DNA of 64,000 bases from Dehalococcoidia bacterium (GTDB lineage Bacteria; Chloroflexota; Dehalococcoidia; Lucifugimonadales; Australimonadaceae): assembly GCA_963668465.1 (NCBI GenBank), contig OY764542.1:1377702-1441701 (forward strand). Reading direction: 5' to 3'. How positions within the stretch are numbered: position 1 is the first letter of the stretch; the number at the start of each line of letters is the position of its first letter. Under the pieces are notes generated by a model, which saw nothing but the letters and a program-made list of their open reading frames with translations, was not told where the DNA came from and did no database searches. Positions 29,726-40,261 of the stretch are shown here, piece after piece. A program made the translations under genes and the position numbers.

Positions 29726-31900
29726 TCAGGAACTGTCGCGCAGCAGTCCGAGGACGTACTCGGCGGTGACCGGCAACTGGAGCACCGGCTTCCCTATCGC
29801 ATCGCTCACGGCGTTGGCGACCGCAGCCGCCGTCGGCACGTTCGCCGATTCCGCGATCGCCCCGCTGTTGAAGGGACCAGGCCCATCGTCGCGACCGACC
29901 AGCACCGTTTCGAGTTTGGGGACGTCCATGATGGTGGGTATCTTGTAGTCGGCAAGGTTCAGGGCAACCGGCTTGCCCCCGTCCAAGGCGAACTCCTCCA
30001 TCATGGCCATGCCGAAGCCCTGGACGGCCCCGCCTGCGATCTGGCCCTGGTGGCCCGCCGGATTGATGATTGTGCCGACGTCATGCGAGGTGACGACGCG
30101 GAGCACCTTCACCTGTCCGGTCTCGGGGTCGACCTCCACCTCCGCCGCCTGGGCGGTGAATTCGGTCGTTGCGGGGTCGGGAATGAAGGGGGTCTTGCGG
30201 TAGACCTCGATGGTGACGTCGCCGCCTTCCGCCGCCACGAGCGCTGCGGCGGCCTCGTCGAAGGGGGCGTCGCTGGCGGTCTCCTTGAGGCGCGCCATCA
30301 GCGTCTCGGCCGCCTGTGCCACCGCCACACCCACGGCAAAGGTCGTGCGGCTTCCTCCGACACCCATATCGAAGGGGAGTTGGTCAGTCGGCACCAACCG
30401 CACGGCAAGGCGGTCGGAATCGACGCCGAGGTGCTCCGCGGCGATCTGCTGCATCACCGTGGGACCGCCCTGTCCGGGGTCGGGGATGGGCAGGATCAGG
30501 CTCAGCGAACGGTCCGCGTGCAGGACCAGCTTGCAGCTGGAGTCCCCGCCGATCGGGCCGCGCTCGTACATGGCAAGGCCACGCCCCACGAGCGGCGGTT
30601 TCGGCTCGTTCCAGCCGACCGCGCCCAGCGCAGCCTGCAGCGTCTCGACCGCCTTGATGTTGACCCATTGTTCGCCGTTCGGCGCGGTGTCTCCGGGCTG
30701 CACGAGGTTCTTCAGGCGCAGTTCAGCCGCGTCCATCCCGAGTTCGGCGGCCACGATATTCAGTTGTGATTCCACCGCAAAGGTGACCTGGGGGCCGCCG
30801 GGTGAGCGCATGTGGCCGGAGGGGATGACGTTCGTGTACGCCACGTAGCTCTTCACGTCGAATGCCGGTACGCTGTAGCAGCTTGCGGTCTGCTCCATGG
30901 CATGGAGGTTGACGTTCGGGACTGCCTTGAATGCGCCGTACGCGCCGCTGTCGAAACAGGCGCTGACCTCCAGTGCAGTCAGCATACCGTCGTTGGTGAC
31001 GCCGGTCCGCACGGTGATTGCGCTCGGGTGCCTCGTGTTCGCGGCGAGGAGTTCCTCGTCGTAGCCCATGACAATCTTGACCGGCCTTGCGGCGACCTGC
31101 GAGAGCAAGTAGGCAACCGGCGTGTCCATGGGCGAGCCCTTGCCGCCGAAGTCGCCGCCCACTGCCATCGGGTAGATCCGGATCGACGCCGGTTCCACGC
31201 CCAGTGACATGGCAAGCTGGCCCCTGAGCGCATACGGACTCTTGTTCGAGGCCCACACCTCGGCGGTGCCATCTCCCAGTACGGAGACCACGCAGGCGTG
31301 CGTCTCCATGTAGACGTGGTGCTGCTTCTGCGTGCGGAACGTGTTCTCCGAGATATGGTCAGCCGCCGCGAAGCCTGCCGCGAGGTCGCCGCGCGACCAG
31401 CGGTCGAAGGAGCAGAGGTTGGGCAGATCGGGGCGCTCGGGGTGGACGAACGCGCCGGTATAGACCGTCGGGTCGTCGTGAACGATGGGCGCGCCGGGAG
31501 TGAGCGCCTCCCCCATGTCGAAGACAGGGTCCAACTCCTCGTATTCGACCTCGATGAGGTCGAGCGCCTCCTTCGCCGCGGCGGCCGTCTCAGCAGCCAC
31601 GGCGGCGACGCGTTCGCCGATGAACCGCACCTTCTCGTAGGCCAGGACGGGGAGGTCCTTCATCGCCCGGCCTATCAGACGGGGGTAGTCGGCCCCTGTG
31701 ATGACGGCGTGGACGCCGGAGACCTCTCTCGCTCGGGAAGCGTCGACGCGAACGATCCGCGCATGGGGATAAGGACTGCGGAGTATCTTGCCCCAGAGCA
31801 GTCCCTCCATCTCCATATCGGCTGAGTACTGCTGTCTGCCCGTTACCTTGTCCGGCCCCTCGACACGCCTCGTCGGGGTTCCAACAACCCGATTCGTCAT
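29726..31900 (-). CDS. Xanthine dehydrogenase/aldehyde oxidase family molybdopterin-binding large subunit
   Basis: 724 aa; N-terminal a/b-hammerhead RVEGPDKVTGRQQYSADM; GGDFGGKG; C-terminal GxGxxP/E-type segments. Confidence 0.88.
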   Translation of the reverse strand: MTNRVVGTPTRRVEGPDKVTGRQQYSADMEMEGLLWGKILRSPYPHARIVRVDASRAREVSGVHAVITGADYPRLIGRAMKDLPVLAYEKVRFIGERVAAVAAETAAAAKEALDLIEVEYEELDPVFDMGEALTPGAPIVHDDPTVYTGAFVHPERPDLPNLCSFDRWSRGDLAAGFAAADHISENTFRTQKQHHVYMETHACVVSVLGDGTAEVWASNKSPYALRGQLAMSLGVEPASIRIYPMAVGGDFGGKGSPMDTPVAYLLSQVAARPVKIVMGYDEELLAANTRHPSAITVRTGVTNDGMLTALEVSACFDSGAYGAFKAVPNVNLHAMEQTASCYSVPAFDVKSYVAYTNVIPSGHMRSPGGPQVTFAVESQLNIVAAELGMDAAELRLKNLVQPGDTAPNGEQWVNIKAVETLQAALGAVGWNEPKPPLVGRGLAMYERGPIGGDSSCKLVLHADRSLSLILPIPDPGQGGPTVMQQIAAEHLGVDSDRLAVRLVPTDQLPFDMGVGGSRTTFAVGVAVAQAAETLMARLKETASDAPFDEAAAALVAAEGGDVTIEVYRKTPFIPDPATTEFTAQAAEVEVDPETGQVKVLRVVTSHDVGTIINPAGHQGQIAGGAVQGFGMAMMEEFALDGGKPVALNLADYKIPTIMDVPKLETVLVGRDDGPGPFNSGAIAESANVPTAAAVANAVSDAIGKPVLQLPVTAEYVLGLLRDSS

Positions 31901-31927
31901 CCTGTCTCCTCCCTGAACGTCGTCCGC

Positions 31928-32974
31928 CTACAGGCCGTAGAACGTCCTGGGGTTATCCTCCAGCATCTTCACGGCGGCCTCATTGCTGATCTTGCCAGAG
32001 TCCGCCCAATACCGGACCTCGTTCAGCGCACTGACGTTTGCGGATATGTCCGAGTGGCAGTAGTCCGTGCCGATCATGAGGTTGTCCTCGGTGCCGAGCG
32101 TGAGCAGGTACTCGACGTCGTCCACCGGGTCGATGGAGACGAACAGGCGGTTCTCCCGGAACAGGTTCTGCGGCATCTGCAGTTTGACGTCCCGTTCATG
32201 GAGGGTGTCCGAACGTTCATTCATGGCTATCTGTGACAGGACGTACGGGATCCACGATGCTCCAGCCTCGATGAACCCGAACCGGAGGTTGGGGAACTTC
32301 GCGGGCAGTTTCGACCGCACGACCGAAAGGAAGGCAGACATGATGGGGAAGCCCCGGTCCCCGTCGCTGCCTGGATGGCCGGTGTGTATGCAGAGCGGCA
32401 TGTCCAGGTCGTTCGCTGCCTCGTACACCGGGAAGAAGTGCGGGTCGCCCACCGGTTTCAGGAGGTCCAGCCCCCGCTTGAAGATGCCGCAAGCGCCGTT
32501 CTCTTTCGCCCAGCGCAACTCCTTGATGGATGCGTCGGTGTCGAGCCACGGCAGCACTGCCGCCCAGCGCAAGCGCCCGCCGGTCTGGTCGCATCTCTCT
32601 GCCACCCAGCGGTTGTAGGAGTGGGCAAGCGCCGCCTCCGGCTCCGGGTTGAGCGAGATGTAGCGGATGAAGAAGGTGGGGAAGAGCACCTGAACGTCCA
32701 CGCCCATCCGGTCCATGTCCTCCAGCCGGCCCTCGAGGTCTTCGAGCTCCCGCCGGGGTCGCGCCGGGTGATGTTCATCGTCCCGGACCGCCCTTACCTG
32801 CAAGCGGCCCTCCACCAGCCAGAACCGGCTCCGGTGAGGGTCGAGGTTCGCGTGCTCGATCGCATCCTCGGGCGGTGTCATCGTCGTGGGGGTATACCTG
32901 GCAAGAGCGCCTTCCAGTGCCTGCCAGGTGGATTCGGTCTCGTCTACATGCGTATCGGCGTCGATAACCGGCAT
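31928..32974 (-). CDS. Amidohydrolase_2 paralog 3
   Basis: Start ATG 32974 (MPVIDADTHVDE); GTDYCHSD. Confidence 0.85.
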   Translation of the reverse strand: MPVIDADTHVDETESTWQALEGALARYTPTTMTPPEDAIEHANLDPHRSRFWLVEGRLQVRAVRDDEHHPARPRRELEDLEGRLEDMDRMGVDVQVLFPTFFIRYISLNPEPEAALAHSYNRWVAERCDQTGGRLRWAAVLPWLDTDASIKELRWAKENGACGIFKRGLDLLKPVGDPHFFPVYEAANDLDMPLCIHTGHPGSDGDRGFPIMSAFLSVVRSKLPAKFPNLRFGFIEAGASWIPYVLSQIAMNERSDTLHERDVKLQMPQNLFRENRLFVSIDPVDDVEYLLTLGTEDNLMIGTDYCHSDISANVSALNEVRYWADSGKISNEAAVKMLEDNPRTFYGL

Positions 32975-33200
32975 CGTCCAGCCTCCTGTCCCGCAGCGTG
33001 GCCCCATCATACTCCGCCCGAGGCGGGCTGCACGATGGGAACCCTTGAGATAGGTAAATCGTAACGCTTCCACGTTACCGCGCAGATTATCGTATCGGTA
33101 ACTTGACACTCCTGCTGAAGGCTCCGATACTCCGCGAACATCGCAACGGAATCGTACATCACCCTGTCTGTTAGGAGTTCCAGAGAGAGGAGACCCTGAA

Positions 33201-34298
33201 ATGAGTGATTGCCTGGCTGCGGTAGTGACGGACGTTCTCGCCCCTGTCGAACTGCGGCGCGTTCCCCTCCCCGACCTGAGCGATGGCGACATCCTCGCGC
33301 GTGTCGACGCAGCGACACTCTGCGGCACCGACGTCCACTACTGGCAGGGCGACCTCATTCCCGCCGAGAGCCGGCCATACGTGCCCGGACACGAGACAGC
33401 GGCCATCGTCGAGGAAGTACGCGGCAACCGCCTGGACGTGCTGGGGCAGCCGGTGGTCAAGGGCGACCGCATCATCGCCAGCTACACGCACTGCGGTCAC
33501 TGCTATTTCTGCACCGTGGCCGGGCAGACCAATCTCTGCGTGAACAGCTACGCCTTCGGGCGCCAGCGGGCGGACGTGTTCCCCTATCTCCAGGGCGGCT
33601 GCGCGGAGTACCACTACTACCCACCGACGAGCGACGTCGTGAAGGTGCCCGAGGAAGTCTCCTCGCCGCTCGCCGCATCCGCCGCCTGTGCGTTGAGGAC
33701 CGTGGTGCACGGCTTCGAGCGGCTCGGCGCGATAGAGCCCCACGAGACCGTCGTGGTGCAGGGATGCGGGCCGCTGGGGCTGTACGCCTCAGCGCTGGCG
33801 CGCGACCGCGGCGCCGCGAAGGTCATCGTCATCGGCGCGCCCGCAGAACGGCTCGCCGTCGCGAAGGACTGGGGCGCGGACGAGATCCTGAACATCGACG
33901 AGGTCACCAATGCGGCTGACCGCATCTCGTGGGTCCGCGAGCAGACGCGCGGGATAGGGCCCGACATCGTGGTGCAGTGCGCATCGTCCGCGGCGAACCC
34001 CGAAGGCCTGACGATGGTGCGCCGTGGCGGGCGGTTCGTCGCGATCGGCGTCGAGGGCAAGGACATAACGCTGCCCGGCGGCCTTATCACGGTGAAGTCG
34101 CTACAGGTGAATGGGGTGATTGGCGGGGTTGGACGGCACTTCTACAAGGCGCTCCAGTTCCTGGCAACGCGCCAGGACCGCTTCCCGTTCGAGCGCCTCA
34201 TCAGCGGCACCTACACATTGGACACCGTCACCGACGCGCTGCAAGCGATGTCGGAGTTCCGAGAGGTCAAACCGGTCGTGCTCCCCCGCACGGCGTAA
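33201..34298 (+). CDS. Zinc-binding medium-chain alcohol dehydrogenase family protein
   Basis: CGTDVHY, GHETAAIVEEV, structural Zn Cys cluster CGHCYFCTVAGQTNLC, QGCGPLGL Rossmann motif. Confidence 0.9.
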   Translation: MSDCLAAVVTDVLAPVELRRVPLPDLSDGDILARVDAATLCGTDVHYWQGDLIPAESRPYVPGHETAAIVEEVRGNRLDVLGQPVVKGDRIIASYTHCGHCYFCTVAGQTNLCVNSYAFGRQRADVFPYLQGGCAEYHYYPPTSDVVKVPEEVSSPLAASAACALRTVVHGFERLGAIEPHETVVVQGCGPLGLYASALARDRGAAKVIVIGAPAERLAVAKDWGADEILNIDEVTNAADRISWVREQTRGIGPDIVVQCASSAANPEGLTMVRRGGRFVAIGVEGKDITLPGGLITVKSLQVNGVIGGVGRHFYKALQFLATRQDRFPFERLISGTYTLDTVTDALQAMSEFREVKPVVLPRTA

Positions 34299-34340
34299 GC
34301 AGGACGGCTCCACAAGCATTCAGAACGAGGAGTTGAGGGA

Positions 34341-35387
34341 ATGGCGGACAACGAGTACCTGATCATCGACGGCGACGGACACATACAGGAACACGACGAC
34401 GAGATACGGGAGTACCTCGACGAGCCCGTCAGGAGCGGCATCAAGGACGGGCCCAATTTCCCGTTCTTCCCCACGCTCGACGGCTATCAGCGGGACGTCT
34501 TCCGCGCGGCTGCGGGCTTGCACCCCGGCTACGTCGGCGCCGAAGAGTGGCTCAGCTTCATGGACGAGACCGGCATCGAGTCCACCGTCCTCTATCCGAC
34601 AGCCGGCCTATCGGTGGGCATGATCCAAGACGCCGATTGGGCCGTGCTGCTCTGCCGCGCCTACAACAACTGGTTCCACGACCGCTACTCCCGCAGGAGC
34701 CCCCGGTTCAAAGGGGTAGCGCTCCTGCCCCTGCAGGACGTGGACGAGTCCGTCAAGGAGCTGCGGCGTTCAGTCACCGAACTCGGCATGGTCAGCGCGA
34801 TGCTCCCGGCCAACAGCGCCGACATGGGCGTGCGCAGGCCTCTGGGCGACACGTCATTCTGGCCGATATACGCGGAAGCCGAACGCCTGAACATCCCGCT
34901 GGCGGTCCACGGAGCGCCGTCCATCGGACTCGGCACCAACTTCCTCGCTCGCACCGAGGCTGTCCTGCTTGAGCACCCCCTCGCCCAGATGATCCAGGCG
35001 AGCAGCATGATGATGTCAGGCCTGTTCGACGAGTACCCCAAGCTCCGCGTCGCCTACCTGGAAGCCGACACCGGCTGGGTGCCGTACCTCATCGACCGGT
35101 TCACCGGACGGACGCGCGAAGGCGTCACCGACCCGGTCGACCTGTTCACGAGCGGGCGCATCTTCCTGAGCTGCCAGAGCGGCGAGCAGAGCCTTCGCTA
35201 CGCCATCGACCGCCTCGGAGACCAGGTCGTGCTCTACGCCAGCGACTACTGGCACGAGCACCCGGCCGAGATCGTCGAGGACATCGAGATCCTCCGGAAC
35301 AGGGGCGACCTCTCCGACGACGAGAAGCGCAACATCTTCCGGAACAACACCATCCGCTTCTACGAACTCGAAGAGGCGGTCGCCTAA
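34341..35387 (+). CDS. Amidohydrolase_2 paralog 4
   Basis: IIDGDGHIQE; ASDYWHEH. Confidence 0.82.
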   Translation: MADNEYLIIDGDGHIQEHDDEIREYLDEPVRSGIKDGPNFPFFPTLDGYQRDVFRAAAGLHPGYVGAEEWLSFMDETGIESTVLYPTAGLSVGMIQDADWAVLLCRAYNNWFHDRYSRRSPRFKGVALLPLQDVDESVKELRRSVTELGMVSAMLPANSADMGVRRPLGDTSFWPIYAEAERLNIPLAVHGAPSIGLGTNFLARTEAVLLEHPLAQMIQASSMMMSGLFDEYPKLRVAYLEADTGWVPYLIDRFTGRTREGVTDPVDLFTSGRIFLSCQSGEQSLRYAIDRLGDQVVLYASDYWHEHPAEIVEDIEILRNRGDLSDDEKRNIFRNNTIRFYELEEAVA

Positions 35388-35431
35388 CCGGGAGCCATTC
35401 GGCGGCCCCGACAGATAAAACGGAGGTAACC

Positions 35432-36490
35432 ATGTTACGAAGATTGCAGTTCCTGCTCGGGTCCGTACTGTTCGTTGCGCTGCTCGCTGCATGCGGCAGC
35501 GACCCCACGCCCACGCCGCTGCCGGCCCAGCCGACCCCGACGCCGGAGCCGGAAGTTCTCGAGCTGCAGATGATCAGCGCCTGGGCCGAGGGTATCTCCC
35601 TGGAGGAGTTTGGCGACCGCAATGTCATCAATGCCGTCGAGCAGGCCACCGGCGGGCGCGTACGCATCGTCCGGGCAGGAGGCCCTGAGTCCGTCCCGAC
35701 GTTCCAGCAACTCGTGCCCACGAGGGACGGCCTGTTCGAGGTGAACTCGACGACGTGCGCCTACCACCCGGACTTCACCTCGCTCGCCTGCGGGTGGAAC
35801 GCCGTCAAGGGCTCGCTGGACAGCAAGGTAGCCTGCGGCATGTGGGACCTGCTCGACGAGTTCTACACGAACGAGGTAGGCGTGAAGTACCTGGGCGGAG
35901 TCAGCCCGCGGGTCGGCAGCAGGACCTACCTGACCAAGCCGATCGACCCGGCAACGGGGCTGCTCGACGGCATCAAACTCCGCGCCGCCGGCCCGACCGC
36001 GACTGCGTTCGTCGAGACGCTCGGCGGCACCGCCGTCGCCATGCCGATCGGCGAGCTCTACGAAGCGCTTGACCGCGGCCTCGTCGAAGGTGGCACCATC
36101 GGCGGCGGCGCACAACTCGCGGTGCAGTTCGGCTGGCACGAGCACTTCAAGTACGTGGTGGAGCAGTCCGTCGGTGCAGGCCAGCTGGCCTGGGTGATGA
36201 ACCTGGACGCGTGGAACAGCCTTCCCCCCGACCTCCAGCAAGGCGTGATCGACGGCATGACACTCGCCAACCACTGGGCCGCCGAAGAGTTCTTCCGGCT
36301 CGACCAGGAAGCGCTGGGGGTCATGGCCGACTCCGGCGTGGAGATCATCACGCTGACCCCTGAGGCCGCCGCGTACGTGGACAGCGTCAACCTGGAGTCG
36401 CAGTTCGCTTTCCTCGAGGCTAACGAGCCTGCGTCCTACGTCCAGCGGATGCGAGACGCGACTGCCTGCGTCCAGAACGCGACAGGATAG
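35432..36490 (+). CDS. TRAP transporter substrate-binding lipoprotein (DctP-type)
   Basis: Signal and lipobox LLAACGSDPTPTP; followed by DctQ- and DctM-type genes. Confidence 0.75.
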   Translation: MLRRLQFLLGSVLFVALLAACGSDPTPTPLPAQPTPTPEPEVLELQMISAWAEGISLEEFGDRNVINAVEQATGGRVRIVRAGGPESVPTFQQLVPTRDGLFEVNSTTCAYHPDFTSLACGWNAVKGSLDSKVACGMWDLLDEFYTNEVGVKYLGGVSPRVGSRTYLTKPIDPATGLLDGIKLRAAGPTATAFVETLGGTAVAMPIGELYEALDRGLVEGGTIGGGAQLAVQFGWHEHFKYVVEQSVGAGQLAWVMNLDAWNSLPPDLQQGVIDGMTLANHWAAEEFFRLDQEALGVMADSGVEIITLTPEAAAYVDSVNLESQFAFLEANEPASYVQRMRDATACVQNATG

Positions 36491-36505
36491 TCGGACGAAA
36501 AGCGA

Positions 36506-36559
36506 GGCGGGCATGAGCATCCGGCGGTTCGGCTGAGGCCGGACCGCCGGATGCCCGCC
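36506..36559 (+). other. Strong intercistronic stem-loop after the TRAP SBP gene
   Basis: ggcgggc/gcccgcc (7 bp) plus atccggcggt/accgccggat (10 bp) nested stems; no U-tract. Confidence 0.55.
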
Positions 36560-36608
36560 CGCGAATTGACGGCGGCGCTGCCGCCGTCCCCGTAAGGAGA
36601 CGCACCTC

Positions 36609-37154
36609 TTGAAGCGACCGCTGCACATGCTGGGCAGGGCGTTCGACATCGTGGTCGACGTAGGGGCGTTCGCCGCCACCTGGCTGATAGCGGTCATGGC
36701 GCTGACGATCGGCCTTGAGGTGCTCATGCGTCGGGTGTTCAACAACTCGCTGCCCTGGGTGATCCAGATCAACGAGTATGCCGTCATGGCGATCCCGTTC
36801 CTCGCCGGCGCATGGCTGCTCAAGCGCGACGGGCACACCCGCCTGACACTGGTCATGGAGCGGGTGAGCCCACGAACGGCAAACCTCATGAAGGTGGGCA
36901 CGTCCATCCTCGCGGCCGCTATCTGCGCCGTGCTGGTTTGGAAGACGGGCAGCCGCGTCTGGGAGGGCTTCGACGCAGGGACGATCATCCGGGGCGACGC
37001 GTTCAGCATCCGGCAGGTCTGGATCTGGTGGGTGCTGCCGTTCGGATTCGCAACGCTCTGCATCCAGTTCCTGCGCGATGCATACGCCTCGTATCGCGAT
37101 CGGGACCGTGTAGAGGGTGAGGCGTTCACCCCATCGGAGCTCGCCGAGATATGA
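36609..37154 (+). CDS. TRAP transporter small permease (DctQ-type)
   Basis: 181 aa, 4 TM; TTG start; position between the SBP and large permease genes. Confidence 0.8.
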   Translation: MKRPLHMLGRAFDIVVDVGAFAATWLIAVMALTIGLEVLMRRVFNNSLPWVIQINEYAVMAIPFLAGAWLLKRDGHTRLTLVMERVSPRTANLMKVGTSILAAAICAVLVWKTGSRVWEGFDAGTIIRGDAFSIRQVWIWWVLPFGFATLCIQFLRDAYASYRDRDRVEGEAFTPSELAEI

Positions 37155-37216
37155 CCTCTCCCATCCGAACGACGTCCGCACGAGACTGCAGCCCACGTAA
37201 GGCGGAAGGCTGAGCA

Positions 37217-38530
37217 ATGGAGTGGTGGGTAGTCCTTATCATCGGCTTCACGCTGCTGGTCCTGCTGCTCATGTCCGGCATACCGGTCGCGTTTGCGTTC
37301 GCCGGGCTGAACATCGTCGGCCTGATCTGGGTGACGGGCGGCACGCAGGGCCTGCTGCTCCTCACGGGCAGCATCGTGGACTCCGTCGCCAACTTCCGGT
37401 TCATCGCGGCGCCCATGTTCTTCCTCATGGGGGCCGTGCTCTACCGCTCCGGCGCGTTCGGGCTGATCATCGACGCCGTCGACAAGTGGATCGGCAAGGT
37501 CAGAGCGCGCCTTCTCTACGTGACGATGGGCTCCGGTACGATCCTCGCCACGCTGAGCGGAGCGGGCATCGCGGACACAGCGCTGCTTGGCTCGACGCTC
37601 TACCCGGAGATGGAGAAGCGGGGTTATTCGCCCCGTCTAGCCTTGGGGACGATATTCAACTCCGGCCTGCTCGCCGCCATCATCCCGCCAAGCGGTCTCG
37701 CGGTGCTCACGGCAACGCTGGCACAGATACCCGTGGGCAAGCTGCTCGTGGCGGGGTTCTTCCCTGGCCTGATGATGGCCACCACGTACGTCATCTTCGT
37801 GTTCATCCGCGTGCGTCTGAACCCGAGCCTCGCGCCCATCTACGACGCTCCCCCCGCACCCCTGAAGATCAAACTCTATGCGACGGCCAAACTCGCTCCG
37901 TTCTCCATCGTCTTCTTCATGGTCATGGGATTCATCCTCCTGGGCATCACGACGCCGAGCGAGGCTGCCGCCACCGGGGCCATAGGAGCGGTGGTCGTGG
38001 CGCTCATCTACCGGCGCCTGTCGATGCATGTGCTCAGCGACGCGCTCCGCGACGCGATGCGCATAGCCGGGATGATCCTCATGATCATCAGCGGGTCCAT
38101 CGCCCTGAGCCAGACACTGGCGCTGAGCGGGGCCACGCAGGGCTTCCTGAACGTGCTGGTGGACCTGGACCTGTCGCCGACGCTGCTGCTGCTCGCCATG
38201 CTGGGCGCGCTGATCCTCTTGGGCCTCTTCCTCGACCAGATATCGATGATGATGGTCGCGATTCCCATCTTCTCGCCGATCATCGGCCCGTTGGGGTTCG
38301 ACCCCATCTGGTTCTGGATGCTGTTCCTGGTGGCGATATCCATCGGGGCGGAGACGCCGCCCTTCGGCCTCGTGCTGTTCGCGCTGAAGGGCGTCATCCC
38401 GACCGCCAGCATCACCGAGATCTACAAGGCCGCGATACCGTTCGTCGTCCTCGACCTCATATCGCTGGGCATCCTCGTCGCCTTCCCCCAGATCGTTCTC
38501 TTCCTGCCGAATCTGGCTCTGGGGACCTGA
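37217..38530 (+). CDS. TRAP transporter large permease (DctM-type)
   Basis: 437 aa, about 12 TM; typical DctM segments (GSGTILATLSG, FGLVLFALKGV). Confidence 0.9.
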   Translation: MEWWVVLIIGFTLLVLLLMSGIPVAFAFAGLNIVGLIWVTGGTQGLLLLTGSIVDSVANFRFIAAPMFFLMGAVLYRSGAFGLIIDAVDKWIGKVRARLLYVTMGSGTILATLSGAGIADTALLGSTLYPEMEKRGYSPRLALGTIFNSGLLAAIIPPSGLAVLTATLAQIPVGKLLVAGFFPGLMMATTYVIFVFIRVRLNPSLAPIYDAPPAPLKIKLYATAKLAPFSIVFFMVMGFILLGITTPSEAAATGAIGAVVVALIYRRLSMHVLSDALRDAMRIAGMILMIISGSIALSQTLALSGATQGFLNVLVDLDLSPTLLLLAMLGALILLGLFLDQISMMMVAIPIFSPIIGPLGFDPIWFWMLFLVAISIGAETPPFGLVLFALKGVIPTASITEIYKAAIPFVVLDLISLGILVAFPQIVLFLPNLALGT

Positions 38531-38563
38531 CGGGGCTCGGCGTAAGAGTGTGATGGAACGTGA

Positions 38564-38586
38564 AGGGGCGCCCGGTGGGCGCCCCT
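38564..38586. terminator. Bidirectional hairpin between convergent genes
   Basis: aggggcgccc-ggt-gggcgcccct, 10-bp GC stem. Confidence 0.55.
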
Positions 38587-38612
38587 CATAGGTTCTTGGC
38601 TGAGAAGCCCGG

Positions 38613-39686
38613 CTAGTTCTGGAGCCCGTACAACTCCCTGGGGTTGTCCCAGAGGATGCGTTCACGGCTCTCGGCGGGCATGCGCTCGTCGTTCTCGAAC
38701 GTCTTGAGCGCGTAGATCTCGGTTGCGGAGTCGGCGTGGCCGTAGTCGGTGCCGATGACGAGCCGGTTGCCGCCCACGTAGTTGTGGATCTGCTCCAGGT
38801 CGTCGTTCAGCTGCACCGTCACCCAGATGTTGTTCTCGGTGAGCGGGTCGCTGCTCAGGCCGTCTCCGCGCCGTTCCATCCGGCGGGCGAGGTCGTTCAG
38901 CAGGTAGGGGATCCAGTCGGCGCTGAACTCGATGATGCCCCATTTCGTGTTGGGGAACCGCTCCGGCAGGCCGGACATCAGCAGCGTGTGGAAGGCGGAG
39001 AGGCCGCTGAACTTGTTGCGCTCGAACTGCGTCTCCCGGCTGCCGAAGATTGCGTCCAACTCGAAACTCCCGGTGCCGGAGTGCGGGCAGATGGGCATGT
39101 CCAGCTCCGCTGCCCACTCGTAGACCGGGTAGAAGTACGGGTCGTTGATGAGACGGTTGCCGACCTCGATGCCGCGCAGGTTGATGGCGACCGCGCCGTT
39201 GTCCTTCGCGAACCGCAACTGGCGCTCCGCCTCCTCCAGGTCCAGCACGGGCATCGCCGCCGCCCACTTGAAACGCCCCTTGCCCTCCGCGTAGATGTCG
39301 GCCATCCACCGGTTGTAGCTCCGGCAGAGGGCAACCTCTTCTGCGGGATTGGTGGTGATGGGTCCCGTCCACATGGAGGGGTAGAGCACCTGCAGGTCGG
39401 TGCCGAGCTCGTCCATGTGGGCGATACGCGCCTGCACATCCAGCATGAACTTGGAGTCGGTCGGCAGCACGACGTTGCCGACGAAGAGGCCGAACTCGCC
39501 GCGCGGGCCGCCGCCCGGCCACGCCGTCCTGATGGCGCGCCCGCCGACGATCCAGTACTTCATCACCTCGCCGTTCTCGAGCGTCTGGTAGGCCGTGCCA
39601 GGCCTGAAGTGGCGCTCCGACGGGTCCATGTAGTCCCACGTCTGGTCTATCTCTATGACGTGCGCGTCTGCGTCTATGATGCCCAT
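38613..39686 (-). CDS. Amidohydrolase_2 paralog 5
   Basis: MGIIDADAHVIE; GTDYGHADS. Confidence 0.85.
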   Translation of the reverse strand: MGIIDADAHVIEIDQTWDYMDPSERHFRPGTAYQTLENGEVMKYWIVGGRAIRTAWPGGGPRGEFGLFVGNVVLPTDSKFMLDVQARIAHMDELGTDLQVLYPSMWTGPITTNPAEEVALCRSYNRWMADIYAEGKGRFKWAAAMPVLDLEEAERQLRFAKDNGAVAINLRGIEVGNRLINDPYFYPVYEWAAELDMPICPHSGTGSFELDAIFGSRETQFERNKFSGLSAFHTLLMSGLPERFPNTKWGIIEFSADWIPYLLNDLARRMERRGDGLSSDPLTENNIWVTVQLNDDLEQIHNYVGGNRLVIGTDYGHADSATEIYALKTFENDERMPAESRERILWDNPRELYGLQN

Positions 39687-39703
39687 CGTCTGCCTCCTCA
39701 GGA

Positions 39704-40261
39704 TCAGACCGGCAACACCGGCTCCGTGGTCTCCGGCAAAGCTACCTCAAATGCATTCAGGAAGCACGCATTGGTGACGTACTGCCCCGCCAGCGCGATG
39801 AGGTCTATCGTCTGCCGGGTCCCGAACTGCGCGATGGCCGCATCATACGCCCCCTGCGATACCTGGTGACCGCTCAGCATCTCCGTCACGAACGTCACGA
39901 CGGCCGACTCGTCGTCCGCCATCGCAGGCAGCGGTGAACGGTCGCGCATCGCGTCCACAAGTTCCGCGCTCACACCGGCCTTTCGGGCCATGGGGGCGTG
40001 CGCGTTCCACACGTAGGGACAGTCCATCTGCCGCGCCGTCGCGAGGATGGCAAGCTCCTGTACGTGCTGGGGGAGCGTCAGCTCCCAGCGCACGTAGTTG
40101 CTCAGCGGACGCCGCCGCAGGGCCATCTCCGGACTCAGGGCAGCGACGGCGCCGGGCCCCAGGGGCACGGTCCCGCCGCTGTCGGCGATGAGCGCATCGA
40201 AAGCGCCGCGCAATTCCTCCGTCACCGCGTCCCGTGTTACCTCCGGCAGACGTGTCATCAC
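39704..40261 (-). CDS. Carboxymuconolactone decarboxylase (AhpD-like) family protein
   Basis: 185 aa; ARQMDCPYVWNAH core motif of the CMD family. Confidence 0.75.
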   Translation of the reverse strand: MMTRLPEVTRDAVTEELRGAFDALIADSGGTVPLGPGAVAALSPEMALRRRPLSNYVRWELTLPQHVQELAILATARQMDCPYVWNAHAPMARKAGVSAELVDAMRDRSPLPAMADDESAVVTFVTEMLSGHQVSQGAYDAAIAQFGTRQTIDLIALAGQYVTNACFLNAFEVALPETTEPVLPV

